This document shows positions 11,601 through 24,552 of a stretch of 41,523 bases of DNA, piece by piece. Origin of the DNA: Perkinsus olseni (Eukaryota); contig JABANN010000298.1 of NCBI GenBank assembly GCA_013115125.1, positions 1 to 41,523 on the forward strand, written 5' to 3'. The position numbers were made by a program, and so were the translations under genes. The notes beneath the pieces were generated by a model. That model saw nothing but the letters and a program-made list of their open reading frames with translations. It was not told the origin of the DNA and ran no database searches. How positions within the stretch are numbered: position 1 is the first letter of the stretch; each line of letters opens with the position of its first letter.

Positions 11601-13602
11601 TACTGTTGGCCACGTCAGCTGGCGATGCTGGTGCAGCCGGCACTATGCAGGTATGGCGACTCTATCTGTCGGAAGTCCTCAGTTGTGATCGTCTAGTGAC
11701 GACCCCCAACCCTCGCGTTGTCAGACAGATGCAAGTCCCGCGAGTGACCAAGTGCAGTGTGCGTGATTTGACCATGGATCTACCCCTCACTGACCTGGCC
11801 TCCCCTGATCGTTATGATGGCAAGTTCGTAGGCAAGAGGCTTCCCTTCGAACCACCCATGCCTGTGAACATCCCTCCGCCACCACCGGTCGATAATGACA
11901 CCAGTATCCTGTGGGTGCGGGAAGACTGTGGTTCGGCTATTGATGGCAGCAGTGGTTCTCCGGCTAAGGGCCACGCTCGCAAGGGTAGCGCATGTTGCCT
12001 CTCTACCTTGCAGGGCCTTGAATTGGATATGAAGGCTCTCCCTGGTGAGGTGACGGCTGCTGGTCGAAGCTCTTCTAAGAGTATGCGCGTAACCCCTCTA
12101 CGGTGGGCTCCCAATAGAGAGTGCCTGTTCGTCGTCATGCAGGATGCCAAGCATCAGTTGACGAGGGTGTGCGCGGCCGACGTCAGCCTGCACTGCGACC
12201 AATGGACGACCCTACTGGAGTTTGGTGATGAGGCGGTACCCTTCTCTCAATGCCACTTCTACCCGTTTATGTTTTCCCCAGTGACGAGTACCTCTACTGA
12301 GCCTGACCTCTTCGTCATGGCTGTGCATAGAGCTAGTCAGAAGGGCGGAGTGTTCTTCATACAGAACCCTACAACAGCATGGCAGTTCGTCAGAGAAGTT
12401 GACGTATTGCAGGAGCCCGAGTTCTTCGATGCGTCCTGCGAGGTCGAGATACTGTATCACCACTCGAAGGCCCCTGGCCAGCAGCAACAGGTCTGTACCT
12501 TCTTCATAGTGCACACCAACGACCACGGTACTTCAGTCCGGGTCATTGCGGACCCTCAGAGACCCACTGTGGAGATCTCTAAGCCAAAGGCGTTGAAGTC
12601 GCTCGAAGGCCCCGACGGCTCGTCAGCTCCTCGACCGGTGCCGCTCTACGTTTATGCTGCCCGTCGCCTTTCTGTGAACACTTGGCCGGTAGAAGTGTTC
12701 ATGGCATGGTTGGAGAAACCTGGTTACTTGGTCGTAGCCCATCTCCCCTTGGCTGACGGCAAGTGGACAGAGGTGTCCCGAACTAAGGTATCATCGTCGG
12801 CCAACGCCTTGGTGCCGATCTACCTCCCCTACTATCAAGAGCCTCTACTGTTGGTGCAGAACTCAAGCGAAGGGACTGTTGATTTGGTCCGACCCCATTG
12901 TGTTGAGAGCGCCGGTGGGCGTGTGAACTCCGCACGTTTCCTGATGAGGTACCGATTAGGTCCAGACACAGAGGGATTGTCTTTGGTTGACATCACGGCA
13001 GATAGTCCACTGCAGTGGCTGCCGCAGACCGGGGGACAGGTTATTTCCAATAGGCCCAGCTACGACCGCCATCCCTTGCCGTGTGAGAGGGTAGGGCCGA
13101 AGCGCAAACACGAATGTAGACTCTCGGTCAATGCCGCTACATTAAGTAAAAGGCGACGGAAGGAGGGTGGTACGAATGATGATGACGACCACCGTGGAGA
13201 TACCGGAGATCATGGTCGTGGACACCATAAGAGAGATAGGAGAAGTGAACCATATGAGGATGAGGGCCGATGGGCTGCTCATAGGAGGTAGCACCGTGAA
13301 GGGTGCTGGAGGGGGCTGTGTTAGATGTGCCGTTGCTTCAGTCGATCCCGATCTAGTGGGAGGCATCGTGAAGAGCATCATCATCATAGCAGTAGGGAGA
13401 GGGGTGATGATGGATACCGTCGTTCCGCTAGTCGTCGGACCAGCAGCCACGATAGGTAGTACCACCATCCGACCAATCCCGCACGAGAAGCGCTGTCGTT
13501 TTCAGGCTCAAGTCCGGCCGTGGGTCCGGTGAAGGCCGAAGATCGACTGAGCGTGGTGGTGGTCGGTCGGGTCGACGCCACTATAGCTCTCAGAGACGAT
13601 GA
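8618..13602 (+). CDS. Large RNA-binding protein: KH - poly-Pro - RRM - KH - poly-Pro - two tandem ~320-aa beta-rich repeats - RS/RG-rich tail
   Basis: KH1 reads YAGLIIGRNGERISGIQNESGAHVQI, with the GxxG loop rebuilt across intron 8769-9061. The RRM has RNP2 LFIRNL and RNP1 RGEAYVLF across intron ~9667-9979. KH2 reads RLMGPSGMNVKQIASLCKARVTL...VHIMV. Two spliced terminal exons encode RSRSRSSGRH...GRSGRRHYSSQRR and stop at 13600-13602. Confidence 0.8.
10811..13012 (+). repeat. Intragenic tandem duplication at protein level (copy A ~10811-11790, copy B ~12080-13012)
   Basis: Collinear matches between copies: TPLRW/TPLRW; IVLAIHRPTGAGRVF/FVMAVHRASQKGGVF; SLREICDP/SVRVIADP; YVAWIAGGMLRIAKLP/FMAWLEKPGYLVVAHLP; PVYLPYLPEPLLL/PIYLPYYQEPLLL; DLTMDLPL/DITADSPL. 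Confidence 0.85.
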
Positions 13603-13733
13603 AGATGATACAGTTTTATACGCCGCACGTGAAGTGGAGGCTCTTGCTATTATTTGTCCCTTTGTTAACCCAATATGGATGGGCTCGAGTTCTAGGGCGG
13701 CGGTGACGGTAACTTGGACTTATCAGCTTTGCG

Positions 13734-16028
13734 ATGAATGACGGTAGCATTTCGACTTCAAGCGAAGAAGCCGAGGCTCTTAGCGGGAGGCCAGGCGGCA
13801 AACCTGGAGGGTATCGCCGGCCCCCGAGCCCTGTAGAGAGGTTGGACTGCTATGAGACAGCTTTGACTGGCCCTGATAAGGAGAGATTTGTCGAGGCTGT
13901 CAGGGGCAAGGCTGTGGGGAAAATCTGGAAGATAGTGTACGAAGAGGGGGTGGTCGCCTCTTCCGATAGGGTCGTCTCATCTGCCAGATACGATCCGCTG
14001 TCGGACACCATGAATGCTTTGAGGTCTCTAGACAACAGGGATGATATAAGATATGCCGAACTGAAGGACCAGCTTCGACTCCAGGCCAAAACTGTGCGTA
14101 TGTATTTCGCTGACTTGAGGCGCCGTATTGTGGATGCTCGCGGGAAGGGAGAGACGGAGGCCCTTCAGCTGTTGGATGGCCGACTAGAGGTTGTCTTCGG
14201 CGACCTTGAGAGGTGACGTGTCTGACTTTCCTTACTGTTAGGGACGAAAGTGTTTCGTTCGCAGATACGTTGGAACCTTCGTCGATGCCGGCCATCTCAA
14301 CCTAGCCATCGAGCATTACGAGCGATGCCTGCTTTTCCTCGGCTCCCATCGGTCCCCTGCGGTGGGGCTCCTGTCCATAACAGCTGGCTTGCAGCATCGA
14401 AGGCTAGCTAAAGTCTGTTATGATCTTCTCCGCGGTGACTCCGAGCCCGAGCATCTCGTCTCCAAAATAAAGAGCACTGGTAGGCACTTGACGGAGGTTC
14501 CCGATCGCGCTCGCCCCTTTGCAAAGGCGATCTTGAGCGAGTGCGTCGCAAGCCTCCGCGGAGAGTGCTTGAACCCAGAGCCGTTAAAGCTGGCGGGGCT
14601 GGTTATGGTGGACGAGCCCTCGAAGGCCTCCCCGGGTACTTGGCATTGGTTGGTGTTGTTGACTGCGGCTCTCACTCTATCTATGACTGGAGAGGAGCGC
14701 GGCCCCGTGAAATCGCTGATCTCGTCGATAGGAGCGGCGTTGGCGTTGGAGCCTGTCATGGAGGCCAGCCGCATATCGAAGTCGGCGTTGTGGTGCTCGC
14801 TCCTACTCTGCCTTGAGTTCATGGGTCCCCACTGGCATGGCGATGCTGATCTGGACGGCATTGTGGAGGCCCACTGCGCGAAGTATGCGGTTAGCGTGGC
14901 GGAGGAACCCTGGGAATCGACCGTTGACACGGACGTTTTTCGCAAGGGTTTAACTCCTGCTGAGCCTAGCGAAAATCAGAGCGCGACTATGGCGAGTAGG
15001 CTGGTCCAAATTTGTCTGCATCTTTCGACTAAGCGCAAAACCCGAGGAGTGCTGTCGATTCCGAAGGAGGTTGACATCAAGAGATGCTCAGAGCCCGTGG
15101 TGGAGCAGCGCCCGGAGAAGGCCAATATCAGGAGGGCTAGGAGTGCTGAGAGAAAGCATGCCGGACATAATGTACCCACCAACCATCGCAGCTCGACCGC
15201 AGTTCGACGGCGTACTGATAGATGGGTAGGATTAGAAGTTGTAGCGGCCGTCCTAGCAGTGTCTCTCTTTCTTTCAGGGGAACCTGCTCTCGGAGGACAG
15301 CTCCAACGGGGATTCCGCGAACACACACACGTCCGAGGTGCGGTCCCACAGGCGTGGTGAAGAGGAGAAACAGCCTCGGACGGACTACAAGCCCCTCATC
15401 CTCATCGATGGGCCCAATGTAGCCAACAGGCATGGTGGTCAGCAGTTCACGTGCAAAGGACTGCAGATCTGCGTTGACTACTACACCTCTAGAGGTCATG
15501 AGGTGAGAATCCAACCGCCGACTTGTCGCGTGGGAATTTCCTTCTCGGCTCTTCGCAGGTTATGGTGTTCCTCCCGGACTACCTGGTCAATCGCAATGAG
15601 CTGTTTAGACTGCGTAATGCACAGAAGATGAAAGTTCAGACAGTGCACGGCATCAAGGCAGCTCCCACACACATACCAGTTGACAACATTGGTATTCTAC
15701 TCAAGCTACAGACTCAAGGACGTCTGGCGCTGACTCCGTCCAAGGTAAGGCGGCCTTCGCGGGTTGGACCACTGAGGATTTTGGTTGTGTTTTTTGCGAT
15801 CAGGACTATGACGACTCCTACTGTCTACAGTATGCTCTGAAGAAAGACGCTGTAATAGTCTCCAACGACATGTATCGTGATTGGGTGAAGAAGCAGCCTT
15901 CGTGGAAAAAGTCCGAATCAATCCAGTGGCTGCGCACACACGTTGTCAGCTACACGTTCGTGAAGGACGAATTCATGCCCAATCCCGACTTCGCGATGCC
16001 ACCCCCGCGGGCTGAGCCGCCAGTGTGA
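13734..16028 (+). CDS. SMG6L: EST1/14-3-3-like TPR domain + C-terminal NYN (Regnase-1/Zc3h12a-type PIN) ribonuclease; Smg6L-like
   Basis: Introns 14213-14264, 15226-15277, 15503-15558 and 15745-15803 (and probably 13937-13987) give one continuous frame. NYN motifs are ILIDGPNVA, RGHEVMVFLP, LTPSKDYDDSYCLQYA, VIVSNDMYRD and SYTFVKDEFMP, with all four acidic catalytic positions present. The N-terminal IWKIVY...FGDLERY...AIEHYERC...VCYDLLRG resembles EST1 motifs of SMG5/6/7. Confidence 0.8.
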
Positions 16029-16252
16029 GATACCTCTGTGGCGAGATACGTCTTAAAATAGTGATGGGAAGCAAAGCTCCGAAGTCTTTGACCTCAAGAA
16101 CGATAGCAAGAAGCGATTTGCACGGTTCTAGTTTACTACTGTGGTAAAGTCTCTGCTCTGGCTGGAGAGCCTGCGGCGATTCTACTACCACATCTGATAA
16201 CAGTGTATGAGAGGGGAACTGCATGGTCGAATGTGTCAGGCGGTTGAATCAG

Positions 16253-19200
16253 CTATGGATAATGCTGATTGCGACCAGTAATGATGTCGTATAACATTTC
16301 ATATCTTTTCGTCATTTTCACAGTAAAACTAGCTAATCGTCGAACCTGTCTTGAAGGTGTTGTAGCTGTCAGTACTCTCATATCGATATACACCGGTAAA
16401 ACTCGTGTTGCGCTGGCCCAAGTGGTCAATAGTGGGGAGACCTGTGACGGCGGGCAGATACATAAAATATTCGCATTGACACACTCACCGGTGCCAAGAG
16501 GACTCCCTCTACATGGAGAATCACAACGCAAGACGTGCAAGACAAGAGTAACATTGGTAGAGTACGTTGGTAGTTACGTTCAAGCAGAGCACATAGCCAT
16601 ACGCATCAGCGTCTCCGCATCCGTCACAACTTCTTCTGGTGCATCATCCGGCCACGTGGGGAGGTCCTCGACTTCGGGTAGTCTACTCATAACGTCCAGG
16701 GATTCGGTAGGCAATCTCAAAAGAGCTCGCTTGTTACCACGCAACAGGATGGAGGCGATCGCAATACGCGACTTCCAGGTAAGCCCTGCGCAACGCGAGG
16801 CAGCGCGCGCGAAGTTGATGGCCTGAGGTCTGCTACACCCGCTAAGGGACAACAGGGCGGCTTCCAACTCGCTGCCGATCTCCGATGATGTTGTAGACAA
16901 AGTTTTTATCGACGCCGATGCTGTCTTCAATAAGGACGCATCGGTAGGTCTCTGGGCCAGCATGCGGAGTACGCAGCTCGGACTGAGCTGCATGCCGTCC
17001 AGCTTCTTCACGAGTCTCGGAGGAGCCCATCGAATATACCGGAGGAGAACAGTGGAAGCGACTGAGTCCAGTAAGGGTGCATCTGCAAGGTCGAAGTAGA
17101 GGTCGAGGAGGCCGACTAAAGTGGAGCGTGGCGGTAGCCTTGAGAGGAGAATGTTGGCGATCTTCAAAGCGGTGGAGCGCAGAGTTGGTAGCTGATTGAA
17201 GTCGAGTAGAATAGGAGGCTCAGCTCTGGACAGCCTTACGTGAGCCTTATCTCGGAGCAAGTTGTAACACCATTCCACTACGGCATGGTTCTTAACGAAC
17301 TTCACCAGAGCTGCGGGTCTCGATGAGTAGAACGTTATGATGTTCAATACCTTGCGAGTGAGAGATACCGATCAACCGTAACAGCTACACTTACAATGTC
17401 AAGAGCGAGGCACTCTAACTGGACATCCGTTTGCGTTATGTCTGCGGTGAGAGCCATGAGAGCCTCAGGGACCCGACGCTTTCCCAACGGTCCGGTGACG
17501 GTATCTACCAAGAAGACTCCTGCATCGAGACCGTGACCTGTATGGCGTCCTCACCTGGCGTGATGTAGTCCGGATGAGTCGCTGTCGAGAGGACCTGTAA
17601 TATCCAGCGCCGGTGGTGAGTGCAATTGGTGACACTCTTCGAGTAGAACAAGTCGAACCAAAGCGGCACATCTGCTGCATCGAGGGAGGGCCTGGGGGAG
17701 GAGACAGCGTTGATTGAGAAGGGGCAATCCTCAGGCCTACCTAGCCAGCAAGGCGTGGCAGACTTCCTCATACTCCGGTGACTCTGGTCGTACCACTACG
17801 GCGGACATCTGTGCCACAGCATGGGCTAATACCGATGGCGAGGGCTCATCTGTCGACTCAGGCAGTGCATTGAGGTAGGCATGCAGGAGGAAGAGCACCT
17901 GGAGACAGAGAAAACTCCTCTCGCCGGAGGCTGCGCAGCGGTACCTCGTGGGCGTCTCTGAACCCCAGGCGGATGCCGCTCTGATCACGGCCTTGGACCT
18001 TCAATTCGAGACACCCGACGATGCGCCCGAGGGCATCCCGGGAGAGATCTCGCACAATCTTGTCTCTACTCGAGGTAGCCACCACCAGGGCGCCGAGAGC
18101 CCGGCCGCCAGAGCAGATCTCGGTGACGAGGGAGTCCAACTCCGCGGCAGGGGTGTAATTTTGCCAGTCCTCGTCGGTAGTGGTAGCATCAGCCCTCCTC
18201 AAGCGACCGGCAGTAAAGACCGTGAAGGCATCTATATCCAGTGACTCGGACTGCTCGGAGCTTGCGATAGACAGGCTGAGGGTACGAGACATTACAGCTT
18301 TGACGGAGAACGGCTGAGAACTTACTTGTTATCTAACAGGACGGCTGGCGCTGGAAGCCTGTGACACTCCTTGGCAACGGCTCTGGGTATGCGGGAATCC
18401 GGGCGATACTCAGCTTTCCGAGAGAGCTCATGCACACACGCAAATTCGAGGATGACTTTCAGTAGAGCCTGGTCGTTCTCTGACCGACTCAGGCCCCAAA
18501 GGCCGACGAGTCGCTGTAGAAGCTGCGCGTAACCCTCACAGGGGGCGTACGGGACTGCGAGGAGCACGGCGGCTTTGTCACGAAGCATCGTGTCCGACAG
18601 AACGGGGATGACCTCGCTGTACCAGTACTGGCTAACGCTGTCCTTGACTTCCGCTTGCCGAGCCAGCTGGGTGGCAGCAGCAACCGCCGTAGACGGGGAT
18701 ACACGACCGGATTTCACATATTCTTCCACGGTGGCCCGTGGCAGCGTGGTCGTCTCCAGGATCCTCTGCTGCATTCCCTCATCCAGGCCCTTTTCGAGGA
18801 GGTCCAGACGGCCCATATCAATCCACCACTGTGTTAGACTAGGGTCACTCTCGGCCAGGACAGTAGCAGTGTCCAAAGAGGAAAGGTCCAGCAGCCCCTG
18901 CGGCAAACGTGGGAGTATGCCTTGGGGTAGTCGAGCAATTCCAGCCCCTATTGGGCCGAACTTGTCCGCCAGTACCGAGGCCCTCTCGGCATCACCGTTG
19001 TTGACCAGTGCGCAGCAGACAGCTAAGACACAGCGTTGGAAGCGCTGCTCGCCCCACTTCCTTCTCAGCTTCTTCGGCTTGTGCAGCAGGTAGAGGGCTG
19101 TCTCTACGGCGACAGCGCTACGGTAGTGACAGATGTGGACGAACACCCCGGGCGTCAGCATCCAGAGTAGACCATGGCGGAAGGTCTCAGCATCGATGCT

Positions 19201-22097
19201 GGCAATGGCCGCCAATAGGGAACTGTTCTTCGTGAGGACCGCGTCAAGGCCGGGTACTTCCGCTCGGCTGGCAGGAACGGAAGAGAGCACCTCGAGAGCC
19301 GAGGCGCACTGCCCTTCGTAGGCCAACTCGTCTACTACGGCAGCTAGCAGCGTTGGCGTCTGAGCGGCAGTTTCCAAATCAGCCTGATGGTTCGAGGGAC
19401 GGGCGAGGAGACTCTCCAATGGGTCGGTCGCAGAGGATGGGCTGCTGATGGCGGCGTTAACGTTACCATCCTTCGGCCGTTGGGATAGGTACAACTCCGT
19501 CAGTAAATCGCTCTGGCCGTCGTACTTCTTGAGGAGGCCCTCCCACTTCTCCAGAGATGCATCGCCAGACCTTGCGAGGTTCAAAACAACATCAGCAATG
19601 CAACAGCTGCCCGCAGGAGGTGGAGGATTCCCAGTAAGAGCCTGCTTGACGAAGTCCGATACCGAGGTGTCTACAGGTAGTAGTGGATGCTGAGCCAGTT
19701 GGTGTAAGACTGCGATGACCCAGAGCTTCTCATCCCTGGTCGGCAAATTCCCCCACCGCCTGGCCTCTGTCATGGTCGTGAACAGCCCCGTGTCGAAGAG
19801 GCTCTGGCAGAACTCTTCCTCTGCCCCGATGTCGACCAGATGCCTCATCCATGCGAGTTTACTCTTCCCTAGAGGGAAGCTAGCCAGCACCCTCGTGGTC
19901 ATCGGCAGCAAGACCGCTCGCTGGACTGGCTCCTCGCACTCGATAAGAGCTCTGCCCCAATCAAATTTGCACTGGAGGAATCGACCAGGTAAAGCCGATT
20001 GGTAGGCGCAGATGCACTGAGACCAGGCTAGAAGGTAGGGCGCGCTGGTAGAGGTACTCGGAGGTTTGGCGTTGAGGATGGTCTGCATGTCTGGGAGGTA
20101 CCCGGCCACTGCGTTCAGAACCTGCGACGAGCAATTCCAGCGACGGCTGCTGCAGTGCATTCCCCTACCTTAGTATCCCTAACGTTGTTCCTAGCAACCC
20201 TCTTCAAGGCCGCTGATACGAGACCGAGCGCGGCACTGCGTACTAACGCTTTTCCATCGCCAGAGAACAGCAGCCCTGCAGTGAGCTCCGATCGGTTGAG
20301 GCACGCAGGCAGATAGGGCGGTCCGCAGGGCGTCGGGTCATCTAATAGCTCGACGGCGGATGCAACGGCCGCCAGCCATCGCAGAGATGAGGTCGGCGCT
20401 AGTGCTAGAGAACACTTCTCCGCTACATCATGCCAGAGATCTGCCGACTTATGCGCAGCGAGGGTTTCCGCCAATATATTTGTCTGGGAATCGCAAGGAG
20501 GCTTGATTGCTGCTAGAGCCGAGCCAAGGCCGTCCATGTCGCCAGCCCAAAGATCGCTGTCCGTGGCGATGGACGTCCACAGGTTCTCGGCCGCATCCAG
20601 GACTGATTCCTCTGTGGCTTCGACGACCACTCGGGATAGACGGGGCAGGAAGAATTCCTGGTTCGTAAAGAGACGACTCTTGCGCGACTGAGAGGCGATA
20701 TTAACGGGGGGTCGCAGCTCGCGTTGGAGGCTTACCTTGGAGTTGGCCAGGAAGTCTCCGAGCCCTTCCAGCACAGCAACCTCAGCTTCCCGCATCCTCT
20801 CCAGAGCATGGCCAGTGTCTCTGGGACTGCTGCCCTCTCGGCCTCGCTGCTGTGGAGCAACACATCCCTCGCAGCCACTCCCTGCTAAGGCACGGCCAAG
20901 AAACGGCCGCCACATCTGAACAACAACAGACGACCCTGAACAGCCGGATACGGTTGGGAGCGATTTACCGGATGTAAGACGAGCTGAGCTGCGAGATCCT
21001 TATTGGTCTCAGCTGCCTTCAAGATGGCTACTGTGAGGAGGAGTCCCTGCTCTCTGACCGTGTCTCCTTCGGCCTGCAAAGTTACATAGAACACGAAGGT
21101 GGTAAACAAACTGACTACCGTGACTCGACGGCGCCCTAGCAGTCTCGAGAGGGCCTTCCATCCATGCTCGATCGTATCATTAGCAGCAGTGCCCTTGGCG
21201 TCGCGTGTAACAGTCCAATTGGCCACAGCGGTGCTGGTTTGAAGAGCCACTCGAGGAGAGAATGAGAAGAGCCCTGATGATAAAGGCAGATGCTTCCAAT
21301 AAACGGGAGGCTACTAGGTACCCCTGAGGAGCCTGAGGGCACCTATGAGGGCCCAGTCTCTGGAGGTGTTCAGCACAGCGAAGAGGCATCGCGACATGAA
21401 CATCGTAGACGAGTTGAGGACGCCTCTACACACAGCATTGCCAGCGGTCGAGGAGCTCGGAAATCTCTCATCGACGCAGCCCAGCAGCACCCATCCTGAA
21501 GGGTACGACGATTGCGTGCCGAAGCGGGCGTCAGCGGTGGGGGACTACCTAGCAGCTCAACCAGGAAGAGGGTGGTTGTGCTTAGAGTGCGGCCATCCGA
21601 TTGACGCTTCCTATCAGCCAAGGCGAAGAGCTCCCCGCACGCCGGGGATAAAGCAATGTAGCGAGCTGAGAAACAGCACAGCAAGGTAACGAGGGTTCGG
21701 GTCGAACGAGGGGAGTACTGAGTGCAGCATAGTCTCCCTGGCGGCAGCGGTATACTGCGGTCTTCAGAGCAGCGCATGCCTCCTCCTCCGTCCCCTGCAG
21801 CTCCGCGATGAATCTGTGGACCTGACCCAGACCAGTACCGCACATTGAATAGGCTAGTAGACGGCTTTACCTGCTTCTGCTGAGTCCCCATTGCCGCAGC
21901 ACTAGCGGTGAGAGCTGAGTCCTGCACGGGACCATCATCTCCATCGTCATCATTCATATGGGAGAGTGCCCATGCTGCAGCCTCTTCCTGAAAAGCGGAG
22001 ACTGCACACATCCCACATGTCAGCAGCGGTAGTCTACCACTCCATCCGCTACTCGTGGAGGTCCATCTACAGATCGCTTCCGCTTGGGAGATGCCAT
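16253..22097 (-). CDS. URB1: Large alpha-solenoid protein, URB1/Npa1 (nucleolar pre-ribosomal-associated protein 1)-like
   Basis: Basic N-terminus MASPKRKRS (ATG 22097) and long Leu/Ala-rich helical exons (18322-20160, 20115-20915, 16580-17347). LPDMQTIL...YQSALPGRFLQCKFDWGRAL and DVPLWFDLFYS...HRRWILQVL (17505-17771) recall conserved URB1 segments including the NopRA1 C-terminal domain. The 3' end is uncertain (stop at 16580, or spliced on to 16253). Confidence 0.65.
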
Positions 22098-22232
22098 CAC
22101 AAGCAGACTCGGGAAGGACTACTGAACGCCAGTCTCTGTAAATCTCCGATTTTAGCGTATTCTCGACACTTCAGCTCAACATCAACTTTTCGAGGGAAAC
22201 CGGCACTCAATGTCACAGAGGCCACATTAACG

Positions 22233-24125
22233 TCACTCAGCGTGAGTTGAATCGGCAGGTAGGTCGCCTCGAAGGTTCTGGATATCCAACTGAATGCTTT
22301 CGACCTGAACAGGCAGAACTTATTATCTCCACCCATGCTGTCAAGCCGTTAGCACCTCCCTCTTGTAGGCCGCTGCCTTCGTGTTCCACGCTGCTGCCGA
22401 CCGCGTGACACGATGATCTTTACCCTTCTCAGCGATCCGATCTAGCTCGGACGACTGCTGATCCAAGCTAGCCAGACAGGCATCCAGCTTAGACTGGGCC
22501 TATACAATACGACCCAATAGAGCCACAGCACTTCCCCTGGAGCAATAGCAAGTGCTGTGGCCAAAGGCCTACCTTTTCAGCAACTTTCCGCCATCGCTTT
22601 TCTGACACCTCTAGCTCATCGTTCCGTTGTTGCAGATTGAGTATTTGCTCAGACTGTTGACGCAGCTGGTCTCCGAGGTTCAGGCTAGTGTTGTATCTAA
22701 CCGCCGACAGTCCCGGGGCCAATCACCCACAACAACCCACATTACGTATCGTCGAGCTGTCTCGAGAGCCGCTCTAGCTGCTGCACTCTCACGCCGAGCT
22801 GTGTCCGCCAAGTACAGTGGTGGAGGTTCTGAGACGCGTTGTGCGTCCCGCGAGCCGTGCGGAGGAAGGACGAGCCATCTCAATACCTGTACTGTCTCTA
22901 CTTTGTCTCGGTTCTCGTTATCGTCATCAGAGGACTCTGAACAAATGCTGGAGAAACTGGAGGAAGCCCTGTGAAGGTCTAGCGATGAGGCTCGACGGCT
23001 GCGACTGGACGGCGAGAAGGCCGAGAGGCTGCCGGCTGTACACGAGGGCTCTGACGAAGACCTGGTCACAGTAGAAACGTAGTTACAGGCGCCCAGTAGG
23101 CATGCCAGAGACCGTGGAAGCTCTAGATCCGACGATTCGACTCGGCGACAATCCTTACCTCGTTAAAATGGCTGGTTTCTCCTTATCAACATCACTGGAT
23201 CGCCGTCCCAGGTCACCAAGTGATTCGCTACCGCGAGACGAACTCGACGGCGCACTATCCGAATGAGTCTCGCAGCGGCCCTGACAAAAACACTTCCCAC
23301 ACGACCTGTCATGAACCGTTGGTATCACATCGCCGCTGCTAGCGGCCTTCTCCTGCTGGCCATTCTGCCGCCTCAGGAGCCTAAGTTCCTTCTCCAGCCG
23401 CAGGCAAGTCCCTAAGAGCTTGTCATGCCGATCTTGGAGACAGCTGAGTTCATCTCGCGCTGTAGCGGGGTTAGGAAAACGGTCTACTCCAGCTGGAATG
23501 CCCGCGCTGGCTTTTGGTTCAGCCTGCCGAAAAATACTCGGATCGCAAGAGGCAGCTGGTCCTCACATCAGCCAATTTTTGATTGAAAAAAGCAATATTC
23601 TGATCTTTCATCGCGGCCTGTCCCTGCCAGTAGTCAGCTATCAGCTTGGACTGTTCCGATGAAAACCTAATCCAACGGCGAGGGTGAGTAACTCTCACAA
23701 CCAGCTCCAGCCCAAAATTTTACTTGTACAAATCCTGAGCGCACGCCAGTTGCCTCTCCTGGGACCCTATCGTTCGCCTTGCATCCTGTAGTTCACCCGA
23801 TACTCTCGCGGTCATAGCCGTGACATCCTCTTTGACTGACGACAACGAGGCCTGATAGCATCAGCAACAAGCTTCCATCAGCGCCCACGGGTCCCACGCC
23901 GAGAGGACTGGCCACAGACTACTGACTACAGTGGAACTACGTCAATGGTACTACCTACTCTCAACTCATCCAGCTCTTCATCCCGAGATTTCAGTTCTCC
24001 TTCATGGTCATCATCCTCGGCCGGCGCATCCCGACTGTCATCGACTGGTGCCGCATCCGCAGTATTATGAAAAATCAAACGCATTTACCTGCAGCTCCGT
24101 GCCAAGATGGCTGAACGGGAAGCAT
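22233..24125 (-). CDS. Multi-exon coiled-coil hypothetical protein
   Basis: Spliced exons encode heptad-rich segments (ELKSRDEELDELR; LLGTCLRLEKELRLLRRQ; QLRQQSEQILNLQQRNDELEVSEKRWRKVAEK; VESIQLDIQNLRG) and stop at 22233-22235. The start is uncertain and may extend to ~24330. Confidence 0.55.
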
Positions 24126-24552
24126 TCCTCGGCAGTGCGGAAGGCCGGCAGCAGTCGGCCACTGGTCTAGACCCCCTTAGAGACGCAGACGATTATGGTG
24201 AGGAGAGTCGGTACCCTATGTCCAAACTGAACCAAAGCCATGTAATGATGCTGAAGAGCCCATACATGAAACTTTTCCAACTTTGAAGGCTCTTGCTCGA
24301 CCAGTAACGCCACGGACGAAGCCGCAGCACTACAAAAAAAGAAGTTTCTCGTCAGTTTCAAAATATATGCGCGGATCCTGAATCGATAAGGGTAGAATGA
24401 AGAGAGGATAAAGAAAAGTTGTCAATGATGCACAGGTCTGTCTTCGAACAGCAAGTAGAGATCACGGGAGATCCGGAAGCTCAAGCGATGGAGCCAAAAG
24501 AGCAATTACACAGGAGAGAGGATGATAGTACAGTAGACGACCATTTACAACA

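Noticed and set aside
18575-19093. 172-aa plus-strand ORF (likewise 14418-14945 minus and 30419-30943 plus)
   Set aside because: Antisense shadows of long GC-rich coding exons, with no motifs.
21020-21033. Minus-strand CAGTAGCCATCTTG resembles the 5' part of the Perkinsus/dinoflagellate spliced leader
   Set aside because: It lacks the GCTCAAG end and lies inside a URB1 coding exon (LTVAILK), so it is a chance match.
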